Source of the DNA: Octopus vulgaris
Taxonomy: Eukaryota
Length of the DNA stretch: 64,000 nucleotides
Reading direction: 5' to 3'
NCBI GenBank assembly: GCA_951406725.2
Contig: OX597816.1
Coordinates: forward strand, 156,364,001 to 156,428,000
A model generated the notes under the pieces. That model had not been told where the DNA came from. It ran no database searches and saw only the letters and a program-made list of their open reading frames with translations. Made by a program: the position numbers and the translations under genes. The number at the start of each line of letters is the position of its first letter. Positions within the stretch are counted from its first letter, which is position 1. Below, one piece after another: positions 43,662-57,725 of the stretch.

Positions 43662-44289
43662 TACAATTCTCTAATAACGAAAGCTGCTTATAACAAGTGG
43701 GTCTGAGTAATGGAAATACATAGGTAACTGCTTCAAAAGAGATGTAGCTGCCGTGATGTTGACAGAAGAGGCAAAGACACATATCATCGATTTATCAGTA
43801 ACTGCATCATATTGTGGGAGAAATTTTAGTTAAGATTCTGTTAGTGTTATTTGGGCGCAGCTAAGAACTTTATAATGCATAATTACTGTGCCTTTCCCAC
43901 TAATTGAAAACGGGACACTTGAGGGTTTTGGCATGTCACATCCTACTTAGGGCTGAAATGTAGGGAATGTTTTTTTACTATAAAACTTTCTATTTTGCAT
44001 CAAATCCTAATTTGATTATAAAACATTAATAAATGATATAATTATCCGGATTATATCTGTATCAGCACAGTAATTGATATTCACTAAAGTGTATCGCTGA
44101 TTTAAAATTGCGAAATTTCCTTCCTATTTTGCTTCCTTTTCTTCCTTCCTCTATCTTGACAAAGGACAAACATTCGAAACATCAGTTTCTTCATCTTTCC
44201 ATTTTTTATTTTCGGTATCTCGGAAAAGACAAACTCTGACATAATGACTTCCTGCTGATAATCTTTTATTTATTACAGGAAATATCAAT

Positions 44290-44730
44290 ACTGGTTTCAA
44301 ATTCAGGCGCTGGGCTAGCATTTCGAGTAATGGGTGAAATCGATGAAATCGACAGCAGTTCTCAAACTGCTGTTTATTTTTACCGACCTCGAAAGTCTGA
44401 ACGGTAAAGTCGACCCCGGCAGAATTTGAACATAAAGAAGGATGCAAAGCCACTAAGCATTTCGCCTCGCATGATACCGGCCCATCTAGCTTGTCCCTTG
44501 AATAACATAAGTATTGGTTTCAAACATTTGGCACAAAGCCAGCAATTTCGGAGTAGAAAGCAAGTCGTTTAGATCAGCCCCAGTGCTCAACTGGTATTTA
44601 TTTTGTCGGCTCCAAAACGATAAAAGTTAAAATTGACTTCGGGGGAATCAGAACTCAGAACGTAAAGATGGACGAAATGCCGTTTAGCAATTTGTCTGGC
44701 GTAGTAACGATTGTGCAAGCTCACCGCCTT
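44290..44730 (-). mobile_element. Two diverged SINE family C copies
   Basis: Family C core and head motifs at about 44290-44490 and 44515-44730. Confidence 0.65.
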
Positions 44731-45174
44731 AAAGGAAAGTATAAGTATTTAGACTTATTAAATATTTAAAAAATTTTGTTACATATTGTTCTTTTTCTGT
44801 TTAATGTTTTCTTTGCGATATTTTCATTCATTACCTCTAATCCAGTGATTCCTTCAATAATGAGATTGCTTCTTTGCAACAGAAATTTTGTTAAAGGGAA
44901 TAGCCGTTTAAATTAGCTACACAACATGTTTATTGACCGCAGAAAAGTGAAAGGGGAAGTTGATACCAGCAGAATTAATATTTTCCCCATGTTCTTCTAT
45001 TACTGTTAATTCACTGACCAAGTTTCAAGTTCAGCCCAAAGCTAAACGAAAAACAAACCTAGACATCATCCACCTTCTCTTTCTCCTCCTCATCTCCTTC
45101 ATTATCTGTAGCAACAGCTAAAGAAAAACAAATGCAAGCATCATCATCAAATTCATTATCATTATCATCATCTT

Positions 45175-45176
<2 letters not shown>

Positions 45177-45242
<66 letters not shown>

Positions 45243-45259
45243 TTATAATGATAATGATT

Positions 45260-45306
<47 letters not shown>

Positions 45307-45307
45307 G

Positions 45308-45380
<73 letters not shown>
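45177..45380. repeat. (AAT)n microsatellite with GAT interruptions
   Basis: Directly visible. Confidence 0.95.
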
Positions 45381-45381
<1 letters not shown>

Positions 45382-45896
45382 CCGCAGAAGCAGCAGCATC
45401 AATGATGTCTTTATCGCCTTCACGATCGCCATCTGATTGTAGTACGACAGCCATTACCCACTTCCCCCGTCTCCACCAATGATGCTGCAGTCGACGTTGT
45501 CGTCGTGGTCGTGGTGCTTCCGATGACCTACTTTTTTTTTTTTTTTTGCCTCATTGACATTGTAAACATTTTAAGACTTCTAAAATAGATTTTCGAAGAT
45601 TAAGATAATCTGGAACAGTTCCTCCAACCCTCCCCTATGAAGTATTCGAATTATTTCTGTTATTTAATTTTTTTTTATTCCCCATACAGAAAACATGAAT
45701 GTATATTTTGTTTAGGGACAAACTTTACCAGTTTTCTAAATTCCTATACGCACAGACACGTGCTCGCCACATATACATACACGTTCAGAAAAACTTAAAT
45801 GCATTAAGAAAACACTTGGACATTCATTCATACTCACATATATTCAGGCACACATCTTGATATATGAACACAATTGTACTAATGAAAGTACATGTA

Positions 45897-45978
<82 letters not shown>

Positions 45979-46116
45979 AATAAATTAATAAATATTCTGT
46001 TGAAGAGTGTAGGCTCGAAGCGTAAAAGACTTTTTCATTTTTCCCGAGCGTCAAAGTAATATACTTGCTTGTTGTGCATACACGTGTCTTCGTGCTTTGT
46101 TTTCTATGAATTTCAG

Positions 46117-46164
<48 letters not shown>

Positions 46165-46207
46165 GTGATTGTGTGTGTGGTTGTATGTCTGTATATGTAT
46201 ATATATA

Positions 46208-46594
46208 TATATGTAAAATAATATGTGACAATTATTCAATAGCCAGGATAACACTCTGAGTTTCGGATGCCGAGGTGAAAATCCACAATACCATCTCTTC
46301 GGTTATCTGGCCATCTGAAAAATTCCTATACGCACAGACACGTGCTCGCACACATATACGTAAACGTTCAGAAAAACTTAAATGCATTAAGAAAATACTT
46401 GGACATTCATTCATACTCATGTGGCCAGATAACCGAAGAGATGGTGTTGTGTATTTCCACCTCGGCACCCGGAACTCAGAGTCTTATTCTGGCTATTGAA
46501 TAATTGTCACATATTATTTGACAGATAAATTTCCTCCATTTACATAATATTGAGGTCTCTTTCTTTCTTTTGTTATCTTAGCGTTTTTACCAAT
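46208..46594. mobile_element. Inverted-repeat element with hammerhead-ribozyme-like arms (Penelope-like terminal-repeat derivative) enclosing a copy of nearby genomic DNA
   Basis: Arms at about 46216-46313 and 46422-46519 are reverse complements (7 differences in ~98 nt). The spacer 46320-46419 duplicates 45738-45836. The element is flanked by (TA)n. Confidence 0.75.
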
Positions 46595-47446
46595 ATAAAT
46601 ATATATATATATATGCATACAGACATACAACCACACACACTCACATATATATATATGCATATACCTGTGTATGTACGTGTGTGTGTGCATGTCTGTCTGT
46701 AAGTATATAGTGAGAGAGAGAGAGAGAGAGTGTTAGAGAGTGAAAGACACGCAGATACATCCATATACATATACTACTGTAAATGCACGCACTGACATGA
46801 ACACACGCGCATGGATTCACATTGTATAGCACTTAACATTGCACACGCTCAATCTCCTAAATTTTACACACAGACAAACACACATGTGCATATGTGTGTG
46901 TGTGTGTGCGCGCGTGCGTATGTGTATATAGATTTCTGTATACACATACGTACAGAAAGTGTAGCGAGCCCTCAAAGGAACAATACACGATATTATACAA
47001 AGCATTATGATCGACCGTTTATTAGGTAGCTTATGAACGATCCTTGGAGTGCTGGCTGTCAGTTTACCAAAATTAATGGTATTCGGAGTTGAAATAATGA
47101 ATTCTACTACAGGTAATGCTATTGCTGCTGCAGCTACTGCCACTGCTGTTGCTTTTACTGAGGATGATAATGATGATGAGTAGAAGGAGGAGGAGAAAGT
47201 GGAAGAGAAACTTGAACAGGAGGCGAAGTTAAAAAGCAGAGATGGAGGACGAGAAGGACATCGTGACGATAATAATAATAATGCTTTCTTTCAAAGATAC
47301 AAAGTCTTAAATACGAGAGGGGAGAATAATCTTAAATTGAAAAGAACCAGCACTTCACTGCTATTTATTTTCTTGACACCGGAAGAAGTAAAGCAATTTA
47401 GGCACCATTGACTTTAGAAAAGTGTCACAGAAACCATGTACTCTCC

Positions 47447-47546
<100 letters not shown>

Positions 47547-47687
47547 GCATATATATATGCATATATATATGGGTGTGTGTGATGTATATATGTGTATATA
47601 TATATATGTCTATATATATATATATACATACATTCACAAATATATATATATATATTATGTATACGCACATTAATATATACATACATT

Positions 47688-47741
<54 letters not shown>

Positions 47742-48604
47742 AATAAATTATCCAGGTAAGTGGTCGTGACCTGTGTTGCCAAAAGTTGTAATTATCTTTA
47801 TATTTAAACGCAAATTTAGCTGTCGTCGTTGAGAGATGACCCTAAATCCATTCTAATCTAGAAAATCTACAATCAATGACACTTCAACTATAACCATAAT
47901 TCCGTTCCTTATAGCAGTATTAACATTATTCGCCTACCAAGAATTTCATGATTAACCAGGTTTTTCTTTTCTATTCAATTCGTTACCTAACTCCCTTAAA
48001 ACATTTAAGGATTTCACATTTTGAAAAATACTACAACTTAGAACCGTTTTAAGATTTTACTGTTGCGATGGCATCACAAATGTGTTGGTCATACGGAACC
48101 TACTGTATAGAAGGCCGTGTATGCTACAGAGGATGCTCAGCCTTGTTTGTGCATGCTCAGGAAGTGACCAAAGAAAATTAACTTTGAATAGAAACCAAAT
48201 ATGAAGCATAGGTGTACGAGAGAAAGACCACTCAAAAGCTGCATGAGGGCAATGAAGTAGGATCACAGGGATATCCTTTGCGGAGTAGACTCATGATAAG
48301 GCATGCAAATATATTCATGGAATTCTCTTGTCACCCAGTTCTCTGATCGGGTGTGGGGAAGAAGGCCTAAGACTAAGAATAATGTAGGAACTTTGAGCGC
48401 TAAGAACGCATGACTTTCATAGTAAAGACGAGAGAAGCTGCTTTCAAGTGAGCAGCGTTTAAGATATAGACCTGTATTTCAAATAGATTGTACGAATTGC
48501 TCTAAATTGCTTGTCCGAGTCATAAACGTCATAACCAGGTTATTTGAAATTTCAATTCTCGAGTCAATTCAAATTGATACTATTCTGGAACCTCATCTGG
48601 AGTT

Positions 48605-48752
48605 GAGCTTCTATTGGAACATTGAACTTCTATTGGGGCAACATTGAAATTCTATTGAGACAACATTGAACTTCTATAGGGATAACATTGGACTTCTATT
48701 GGGACAACATTGAACTTCTATTGAGACAATATTGAAGTTTTATTGGGACAAG
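48605..48752. repeat. 22-bp minisatellite, about 6 units (aacattgaacttctattgggac)
   Basis: Directly visible head-to-tail repeats with minor variation. Confidence 0.9.
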
Positions 48753-50068
48753 CATAGTAACAACGAAAGAATATACAAATATCAAAGTTTATCTTTTCTC
48801 GAAATGACATTTACCTCTTGATTCGCCTCTGGCGATTGAGTGAAACACTAACTTTGCTGTAAAACAAAATGATTCCGTCACCTTTCTTGTTGATACCTGT
48901 TGCAATTTGATGTCATCTCCGATTAGCTACTGGTGTTGCAGATAAATGAGGAGCTATTCACAGAGCAAGCAAGTATCCTCTATATAACTGAGTTATCTTA
49001 ATTGCAGTTGTTAACTATCGTCTATTATTTTTATACAAAGATACCTTAACCCGTTTTTAACGGCCAAGTTAGAAGTTGAAAGCGTCTGAGATTATTAGGG
49101 TGAAGGAGAATGTTATCTTCACACCAAATTCTGACAAAATGCTTGCAATAAAGAATAGATAATGGTGCAAACAGAGGCAATGCATTGATTCCATCCTTCA
49201 ATGCTACGATGCAACCCTGCAGATGGGATTCCATGTAGTTTCTGTCGACTGGATTTCACACAAAAATGGTGCTACGCTCGCGTAAGGAGTGAAACAATGG
49301 GAATACACAAGGTTTAAAGCTATTTTGTAAGAGCAGGGCCATACTTGTGTTCAAAGCAGTTAAACAACATGAAACCTTCTACGGGGTTGCTTGGAACAGC
49401 GACTAAATATTGTTTTCAGATCCCTCGCCTACCACTGTAAAATAGGAAGGACAGGGAAGTAATGTAGTCCTCAAAAATTGAACTACATACGAGCTGATCA
49501 TGGTTAGGATGCCTTTGATAATAATTCTCATCGAGTAGAATTGACCTGCAGCTTAAGCATCAACAAACCACCTCCCGCTCCTTGATATCTTTGCGGATTT
49601 CGACCTACAGGAGAGTTTGAAAGCAAATATCAACCGCAACGAGCTCTATATTGAGAATAGATGAATGAAGGTCACGTGTACTACCATACTTTTCTGAATA
49701 ATTAATTAAATGAAATGCATTGCTATAAATGAAACGAAAGCGATGGTTTAAAATAGTTTTAATACCAGCCTACATATTTGTCTCTCTCTCTACCTCAACG
49801 TTTATATATGTATACATGCAGTAAGAATCTTGCAAACTAAATACAAAAATGAAATATGTGTGTGTGTGTTGCTTACATGTACGTGCACATGCACACACGC
49901 ACACACACACACACGCACAATCATAGTTTAATTCAAGACTAGATACTAAATACTAGATACTAAACACTAGATACTAAATACATGCATACAAGCATATATA
50001 CTTACGAATATCTATCTCTATATCTATCTATCTTTATCTATTTGTCTGTTTATCTATCTATGTATCTA

Positions 50069-50101
<33 letters not shown>

Positions 50102-50154
50102 CTACACACACATATATATATACATACATATACATACGCACACACACATATATA

Positions 50155-50190
<36 letters not shown>

Positions 50191-50729
50191 TGTATGTATA
50201 TATGCACAATTATTTGTATGAGTGTGAAAGAGAGAGAAGGAGAGAGAGGGAGAGAGAGAGAGCGTTTGTGCACGTACGTTTTATTCCTCGAATAGTTTCG
50301 TTATCTCTGACCTTTTCTGACCTTCTATACATTGTGAAAGTTGTTTTGGTGCGACCCCCACCCACCGACTGCGATTCTGCAACTTTACCTATAAAGCATG
50401 TATGTACCTTCATTATAAACCCCACCGCACTTCAAATCGTCAATAGAAACTCATGTTCGATCAACATACTAGACATTGGAGTCAAACCTCCTTCAAATGT
50501 CACACCACTTTCTCAAAAGAAGCATCATGTTCATTGCAAAATGTAGTTTGAATAATCTGTTTCAATAAAAGACTGGATAGCCATGACTGGAACTCGCTTG
50601 ATCATAGTTCTTTTCATAACTGCTTCTCTGAATTATATAACAGCTTCATAACGTCTATGGCATGATGGTTTCGACACTTAGCTATGTCCATGGTGATAGT
50701 GATGCACCGGTATCCTTTGTTTCCCACCA

Positions 50730-50970
50730 TAATGCAATCAGTTATCTTAAGTTTGACAACTTAGACGACAGAGCTAACAGGAAGGGCAGGATTGAGGGGA
50801 ATGATGCTTTCAGCATTTCGTAACTGCGAGATTTTATCTATTTCTTTGTGAAACCTCTTGCAGAAGTCGGTGATGCTTCCTGGTGTATTTGCAGAAATCT
50901 GGATTGAAGTAGCGAATATGGTCTAACTGAATAGACATATCCTGAACATGTGTGTTGGCCGGAAAGCAGC
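50730..50970 (+). mobile_element. Highly decayed piggyBac-like transposase relic
   Basis: YLKFDNLDDRANRK (compare LRFDDxxTRxxR) and ETSCRSR*CFLVYLQKSGLK (compare DExxxxFRGRCxFxxYxPxKPxKYGLK) occur in the expected order. Confidence 0.4.
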
Positions 50971-51179
50971 ACATAGAGAAGTCACTTTACCTTATTAGCA
51001 AACGTTTACAATATATGTCGCAATTTATTTGTTAGATATTTCCATGTATTCTTTCAATATCACAATCGATATAACACTCCCACCATACACTTTTTAAAAA
51101 AAATTGTCCCTCTAATACCCACTATGGACACTCTTGTGGCAATAAAAATAATCGCAATTTTTATAAGGGTGCTGTGACG

Positions 51180-51650
51180 GTAGGACACTGGCAGAGTCGT
51201 TAGAGCGTCGAACAAAATGCTTTTCGCTATTTCCTCCGTCCCTTTACATTCAAGATTCAAATGTCGCCGATATTGATTTTACCTTTCATTTAGCCCAGGT
51301 TGTTTAAAGAAACTGACAGTCAAGTGCTAAAATTGATATAGTTGACTATTCCTTTCCTCAAAATTCAAAGTCTTGTTTCATTACTAGCGACATTAATTAG
51401 GAGAATGAAATATAGACTTTGTAAGGCATCAGAAAAATATTTTTTAATATTTAGTTCTACTCTTAAGACGGTGAGCTGGCAAAATCGTTAGCGCGCCGGG
51501 CAAAATGCTTACCAGCATTTCGTCCGTCACCACGTTCTGAGATCAAATTCTTCTGAGGTTTGACTTTGCCTTTTATTTCTTCAGGGTCGATGCAATCCAC
51601 TTACACTCTTGCCAAAAATTGCTGGCCTTGTGTCAAAATTTGAAATTAAT
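51180..51650 (+). mobile_element. Two SINE family C copies (about 51180-51350 and 51467-51650)
   Basis: Heads ctggcagagtcgttagagcgtcg and gagctggcaaaatcgttagcgcgccgggc, followed by family C cores. Confidence 0.7.
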
Positions 51651-52308
51651 ATTTAGTTCTACTCCTGTAACAAATATCTACTGGAAAATGTTGACTTTCA
51701 TTTCATAATGTACCAGTAATTAGAACCTGCACTTCCGATTTACGCTACGGTGAAATTTATTGAAGTGGATTCTGAACCAATCGAATAACTACTATATAGA
51801 TACATCGGCAAATTCCTTAATCGCTGATAGCGTTGACAGAGCTGGATGGTATTTGCAGCCAGCATTGAGATAACCTAGATATGTTCCACTTCAGCACTAA
51901 TATGTTTGCAGCCATCATTTCTTATAGGCATCACTTCTTACAGCTATCAGTTTTTGCAGTCCGGTCAGCAACCTTACAGTTTATCAGACCTTTCGACATA
52001 CTTCGCTGGTCTCCAAACATAGCACTTCTGTACACGCTGTAAGCAAAACAACAACGCATTCTACATACACTATCGCTAACAGAAAGCAACAGACTATTCC
52101 AGATGGAGAATAGTAATTCATCTCTTTCGAACCTGGCTTCAAGATAAGCAAGTGTTAGAAGAATAGTTATATGTGATTTCCAGTACATATACTGACTCAT
52201 ATATATTCACACGCAAATCCTTATGCTGTCCATGTAACTAACTTAAAAAGCGATGCGTTCCAGAATGTTTTAGTTTACTTTTCTAACCAGCGAGTTTGAA
52301 CTCCTTTC

Positions 52309-52752
52309 GGACCTTTTCGGTTTGAAAGGCAGTTTTTTCTAGCGGTGTCATATGAAATTGTCACCCATAATTATGACCCTAGTATCAATCTATTGTATTT
52401 CAATCTATTTTAGGGTTAGGGTTAGTTAGGGTTAGTTAGGTTTAGGGTTAGGGTTAGGGGTGGGGGAAGGGTATCTTTTTCTCTTCACAAATGTAAATAA
52501 ACCCAATCTGTTTCTTAAACGAGGGACATATTCATACGGCACAGAATGTTGTTTACCTCAATGGACATCATTGATTGGTTGAAATTGCAGAAATTGAAAA
52601 AAACAACAAATATCTTACAAACTATAGAATTTTTTCAATAAAGCCAACAGAAAAAGATGTTTTATAAACAGATTCTACCAGTATACGAAGTTTAAAATTT
52701 TTTAGTTACCTAGAAATTATGTTAAAAACTGCCGTTCAAACCGAAAAGATCC
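52309..52752. mobile_element. Non-autonomous DNA transposon (MITE) with ~29-bp TIRs, an 8-bp TSD and internal telomere-type TTAGGG repeats
   Basis: Left TIR ggaccttttcggtttgaaaggcagttttt matches the reverse complement of the right end, ggatcttttcggtttgaacggcagttttt (2 mismatches). A perfect direct repeat ctcctttc lies at 52301-52308 and 52753-52760. Confidence 0.9.
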
Positions 52753-53734
52753 CTCCTTTCATATCAAGAGGTTCAACGTTCGATTCTCAGTTATAATGGT
52801 CAAATTAATTTATCAGCGGCAACTGGAGAGTACACACACATACATGTGGTGGGGTTAATGGTGCGTATCCTAGTGACTTCAAAGTTGCACTCACTATCGG
52901 AAGAAGGATTGGTCAGTACGTGTTGTTCTTGAGCAAAACACAACATTGCACGTTGCTCAGCGAACAGAACACCTCGACATCTGACTTGTGGTACACCGTG
53001 CACTAGTACAAGCAGTGTCGATTTGTTGGAGAGAGACTGCTCATACATTGTCGAGACATTTGATCAGAATAATCAAATAATTTATACAGTTATACAAAAA
53101 TTTGCTAAATCATCTATTACAGGCGAGTCCACCATACTTACATATATGTGTGTTTGTACGTGTATGTCTACGCATTCTTTGTGATTGTCTACTAAGCATT
53201 ATTTCAATTTATTCTCTATTTCGTCATTACATCTCTTCATTCTGCATATTCTACTCACCATTTAGTGCTATCGTTGTTTATTTACCAATTAATCTCTTTC
53301 ACTTCCACCCACTATTTTTACTGCAAGCTATCGCCTAAAACTAATCAGACAGGACGTAAACAGTGATAACGATTACAGTGCAGGAGGTGTGCATACAAAA
53401 TCCGTGGAGACTCTTTCTTCCTTCTCCGAATAATCTATTTAAAAGTAAGTGTTGCTTTTAAATTCTGCTAGAATTACAATTTGCTTTTTTTGCCTTTCCT
53501 CCTTTCGTAGACAATAATTTGGTTCGGTATAATCGACTATTCTCCTTCACCAGGTATATATACTGCGATTCATTTAATGCATTTTACCAGACATACATTA
53601 AGGTCAACGTCTAGGAAGGGCTGTAAAAATCGTATCAAATTCGTGGACTGTTGCCAACGACGGAAATGTTTAACTGTTTCTCCTAAATAAATAAAATGAA
53701 AAACAACAAAATCATCAACTGCAAAAATAATAAT

Positions 53735-53912
53735 GGTTCAAAATTTTGACACAAAGCCAGCAACTTCAGGGAATGGGTTCAGTCGATTTCATTGACCATC
53801 AGTGCTCAAATGTCAAGTTTGGCCTCGGTGGAATTTGAACTCAGAACGTAAAGAGGTACGATGTGCCGCTCACCATTTTGCTCGGTGAGCTAACAATTCT
53901 ACCAGCTTGCCA
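53735..53912 (-). mobile_element. SINE family C copy
   Basis: cctcggtggaatttgaactcagaacgtaaag...gctaacaattctaccagcttgcc. Confidence 0.65.
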
Positions 53913-54331
53913 CAGAAACCTGTACTGAATAACTCAGAAAAAAAGCACTGACTTCCACCTAAATTATACAAGAAAATAAAGTAAAATAATATACACACAA
54001 ATTCAAAAAACAATAAAGAAAACACTGCAGCGAAGATTAAATATGTCTGTCAAGCAATTACATAGCAGTAACGTAACCAGGCATACTGTGGTAGCATTCT
54101 CTCTATATTTGCAGATAACGAGTTACTTTGACATTGAGTTATTTGTGTGTATGTGTAGATGTGTGTTTGTCTATGGGAATCCTTGCGTGCGCGTGCATGC
54201 ACGTCTCTATCTGTTTTGATACTTAACAAGTACATACTTGTTTGGTTATCAATTTATCATTTGAGAGCATATCTTCACCTCCCCTTCTGCCAGTCTGTAT
54301 GTCTGTCTCTCTCACTTTCTCTCTCTTTCTC

Positions 54332-54362
<31 letters not shown>

Positions 54363-54814
54363 CTCACACACACAGATAAACACATGCACGAACACAAGCA
54401 ATGGCGAATAATAGTGTAATATTTACTGTAGTACTTAGACTACTTGTTGAGTAGAGATGCAGTGCGCAACATCGAGCTGCAATACACAGTATTCTCAGCA
54501 CTGTAACGTAGGCAATTATCGTATACCTATACATATGCACATATATATATATAGATACATTATATAAATATGTTTGTGTGTCTGTGTGTGTGTGTATGTG
54601 TGTATAAGGAGGGCTACAAACGAAAGAATATGGTACTCGTACAATACGCAAGTAATGGGGAAGAAATAAAAATTGCTTGGAGTGCGAACATTTGGGGGTC
54701 TGTGTTAATCACTTGAGGTCACGTGTATAGATTAGATAAAAGAGCGAGACCAGAAAATATTTCTATTAATTTCAAATGTGGCGACTGTGCATCGCCTCCA
54801 GATGGTCCACGGCC

Positions 54815-54891
<77 letters not shown>

Positions 54892-54929
54892 ATGTGTGTG
54901 TGTGTATATATATGTATGTATGTATGTAC

Positions 54930-54963
<34 letters not shown>

Positions 54964-54996
54964 GTGTGTGTGTGTATATATATATGTATATATATA

Positions 54997-55038
<42 letters not shown>

Positions 55039-56342
55039 GCTGTGGATCATCTGGAATAAGAAATTATGTAATGAACTTATGCTCTTATGCGTTCTGTTCT
55101 CGACTAACGATTTTCTCTGAAGCAAATATATAATGAGTTATAACACAAGGTTGTCAGTATCATTATACATCAACAATATATGTGTGTGTCTGTGCCAGTG
55201 TGTGTGCGTGTGTGTGCGCGCGTGCGTGTGTGTCTATACATTCATATTTTCGTTCGCCTTATTACTAATGCATCAATGGACACTGATTAGAAATGGAAAA
55301 AAATGAAATGCAGAAAATGCGTATTGTATTTGAATATATTTGATCCCTATCCGCATGGCTCTGTGTTTTCCTTTTGAAGTATATACCTAAAGTTGTGAAG
55401 GCATGTCGGGATTGCTTGCGTGTACTTCGTCAATATTTCGATTGATGTTTAAAGATCGATGACTTTCCTTTTGTACAATGGTTTTAAAAAGCATTCGATT
55501 GTGTATTAAATTCCACTTTAACAGCTGCAATTTAATAGTTTGAGGTATATTACTATTTATCAAAAACCATATATATGTTGCTTGTTTTGTTTCAAAATGT
55601 TTGTATTGTTGTAACGTTGTAGGTGTGTTATTTTATTGATGGAGTCTATCTTTGAATTCTTCAGCGGTCATGCCTATATATGAAATGCAGTTTTAGATAA
55701 TGTTAAAAGTGGCAACTGAAGAATACGTGATATTCTAAAATGCATTCTGTAGACTGGTAATGCATAAGAGCAGCAATGACATAGCGTCATCTATCGGCTA
55801 TGTCTTCCATTGGCTATGACTTCTATTGGCCTTATTTTGTATGGGTGTTAGAGTATTGTTGATCTTTGTTAATACTGTGTCAGTTTAGATTATAGTTTCC
55901 AGTACTTACGTCTCAATAGAAAATGTTATAATTCAAGAGAGGTGTTTTGCCTGTTGGTAAACTTACATTTTTCGCTTAAAGTCGAGAATATTTCATGATC
56001 TTGATGCTATGCTTTTTCCTAGTTAGCTTTTTCTTTATGATTTTTATTGGTCAGTTTTAAACTGCTAGATGTCAATGCATTGTTATATCTATATCTGTAC
56101 AATCAATCTACCTACATCTCTGTCCTTTTATCTGTCTCTCTCTACATATCCGTCTATATTTCTGTCTGTCTGTCTATCTATCTACACGATCCCTATTGAT
56201 TGGCCCCACTTTCTTTTCACGACCCTTTTGATCGGAATTCGACCCCCTTTTTTTCTTTCTCTTCTTCCCAAAAAGAAAAGCTCTACTTCGTATTTTGTCC
56301 CTTTATGTTTAGCCCTGTGTGGCCAATAAAGAAATCTCTCTC

Positions 56343-56434
<92 letters not shown>

Positions 56435-56479
56435 CCTACCTACCTACCTATCTATCTTTCTGTCTATCTTTCTATCTGG

Positions 56480-56550
<71 letters not shown>

Positions 56551-57644
56551 CCAATCAATCCATCCACTCTTCCATCCTTCTGTATGTTTACTAACTTGAT
56601 TGAATGAGGTTTCATAACAAGAGATTGTAGGGGCAGATATTCAATTTAGTGACAATATTTCAAAGAACATAGGGTGTGTACTTTGAATTATTATAAGTAT
56701 ATTAGATTGAATGGTTTGACTTAATATAAGGATGCATTATGTTTCATGTTATCATTAATATACCGTGTTACACTTAAGGCAGTGATGATTATTGATTACA
56801 CTACTTAATTTTATCATAGGTATAGAGGTCAGCTAAAAGCAAATCTCATTAGCTTTTACTCCGAATTTACCTGCTTCATGAATGTTTATAATTTGAATTA
56901 TTATTAAAAACCGTTTGATCTATAATTTCCTATGTTTATGTAACATGTTTGTTGGTTATGCCAAAAATATATATTCCAATTTGTTACGTAATTTTTTTGG
57001 TTTACTTGACTTCTGTATGCAGAGAATCTATGATAAGTTTCTCAGATTTACAAATACATATATCGAATCTTCCCAAGCACCATGTCGAAGAAATGAAACA
57101 AACATATTATTCAATGAGAAAGTGCATAAATATAATAAAAATAATGCATTTGCACCCATACATTTTAGAAGAGCATTACATCAATGTTGAGTAATAAAGA
57201 TTAACGGAAGACTACATTTATGGTGAAACAAGTAGCTGTAATAGATCGAGGGAATATCTAGCAATACAGAAATATTATAAATAATATAATGAGCTTTGCT
57301 AAAGGGCATGGAGTTCTCTTTTGTTCATTATTGTATATTTCCACATACCCATCCATATATTTGGGTGTGTGTGCATGCGTAACATTCCTCATTTCTGTGT
57401 CTGATGTTGAAGAGGAGATAACCACCCTGAAATATATGTATCCATCAGCCTGGTTAGAGAGCGCTGCGAACTGACTTAGTGCATTTACATCTATCTGTTT
57501 AGGAGGGCAAATTTTCTCCATCACAAAATACAGTTAATGGCTTTCTTACAGGTTCGAATACGCCCCAAACACATTTGAACAGGTAACAATTTAGTATTGG
57601 TACACATCACCGCTTAGCGCTTCTATTCTGTGCATCCCCCACAC

Positions 57645-57725
<81 letters not shown>

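Noticed and set aside
48605-48752. Regular short repeats that could suggest a CRISPR array
   Set aside because: The units are contiguous with no unique spacers, the context is eukaryotic, and there are no cas genes.
52410-52471. Telomere or chromosome-fusion site
   Set aside because: Short, degenerate, single-orientation, and enclosed within a TIR/TSD-bounded element.
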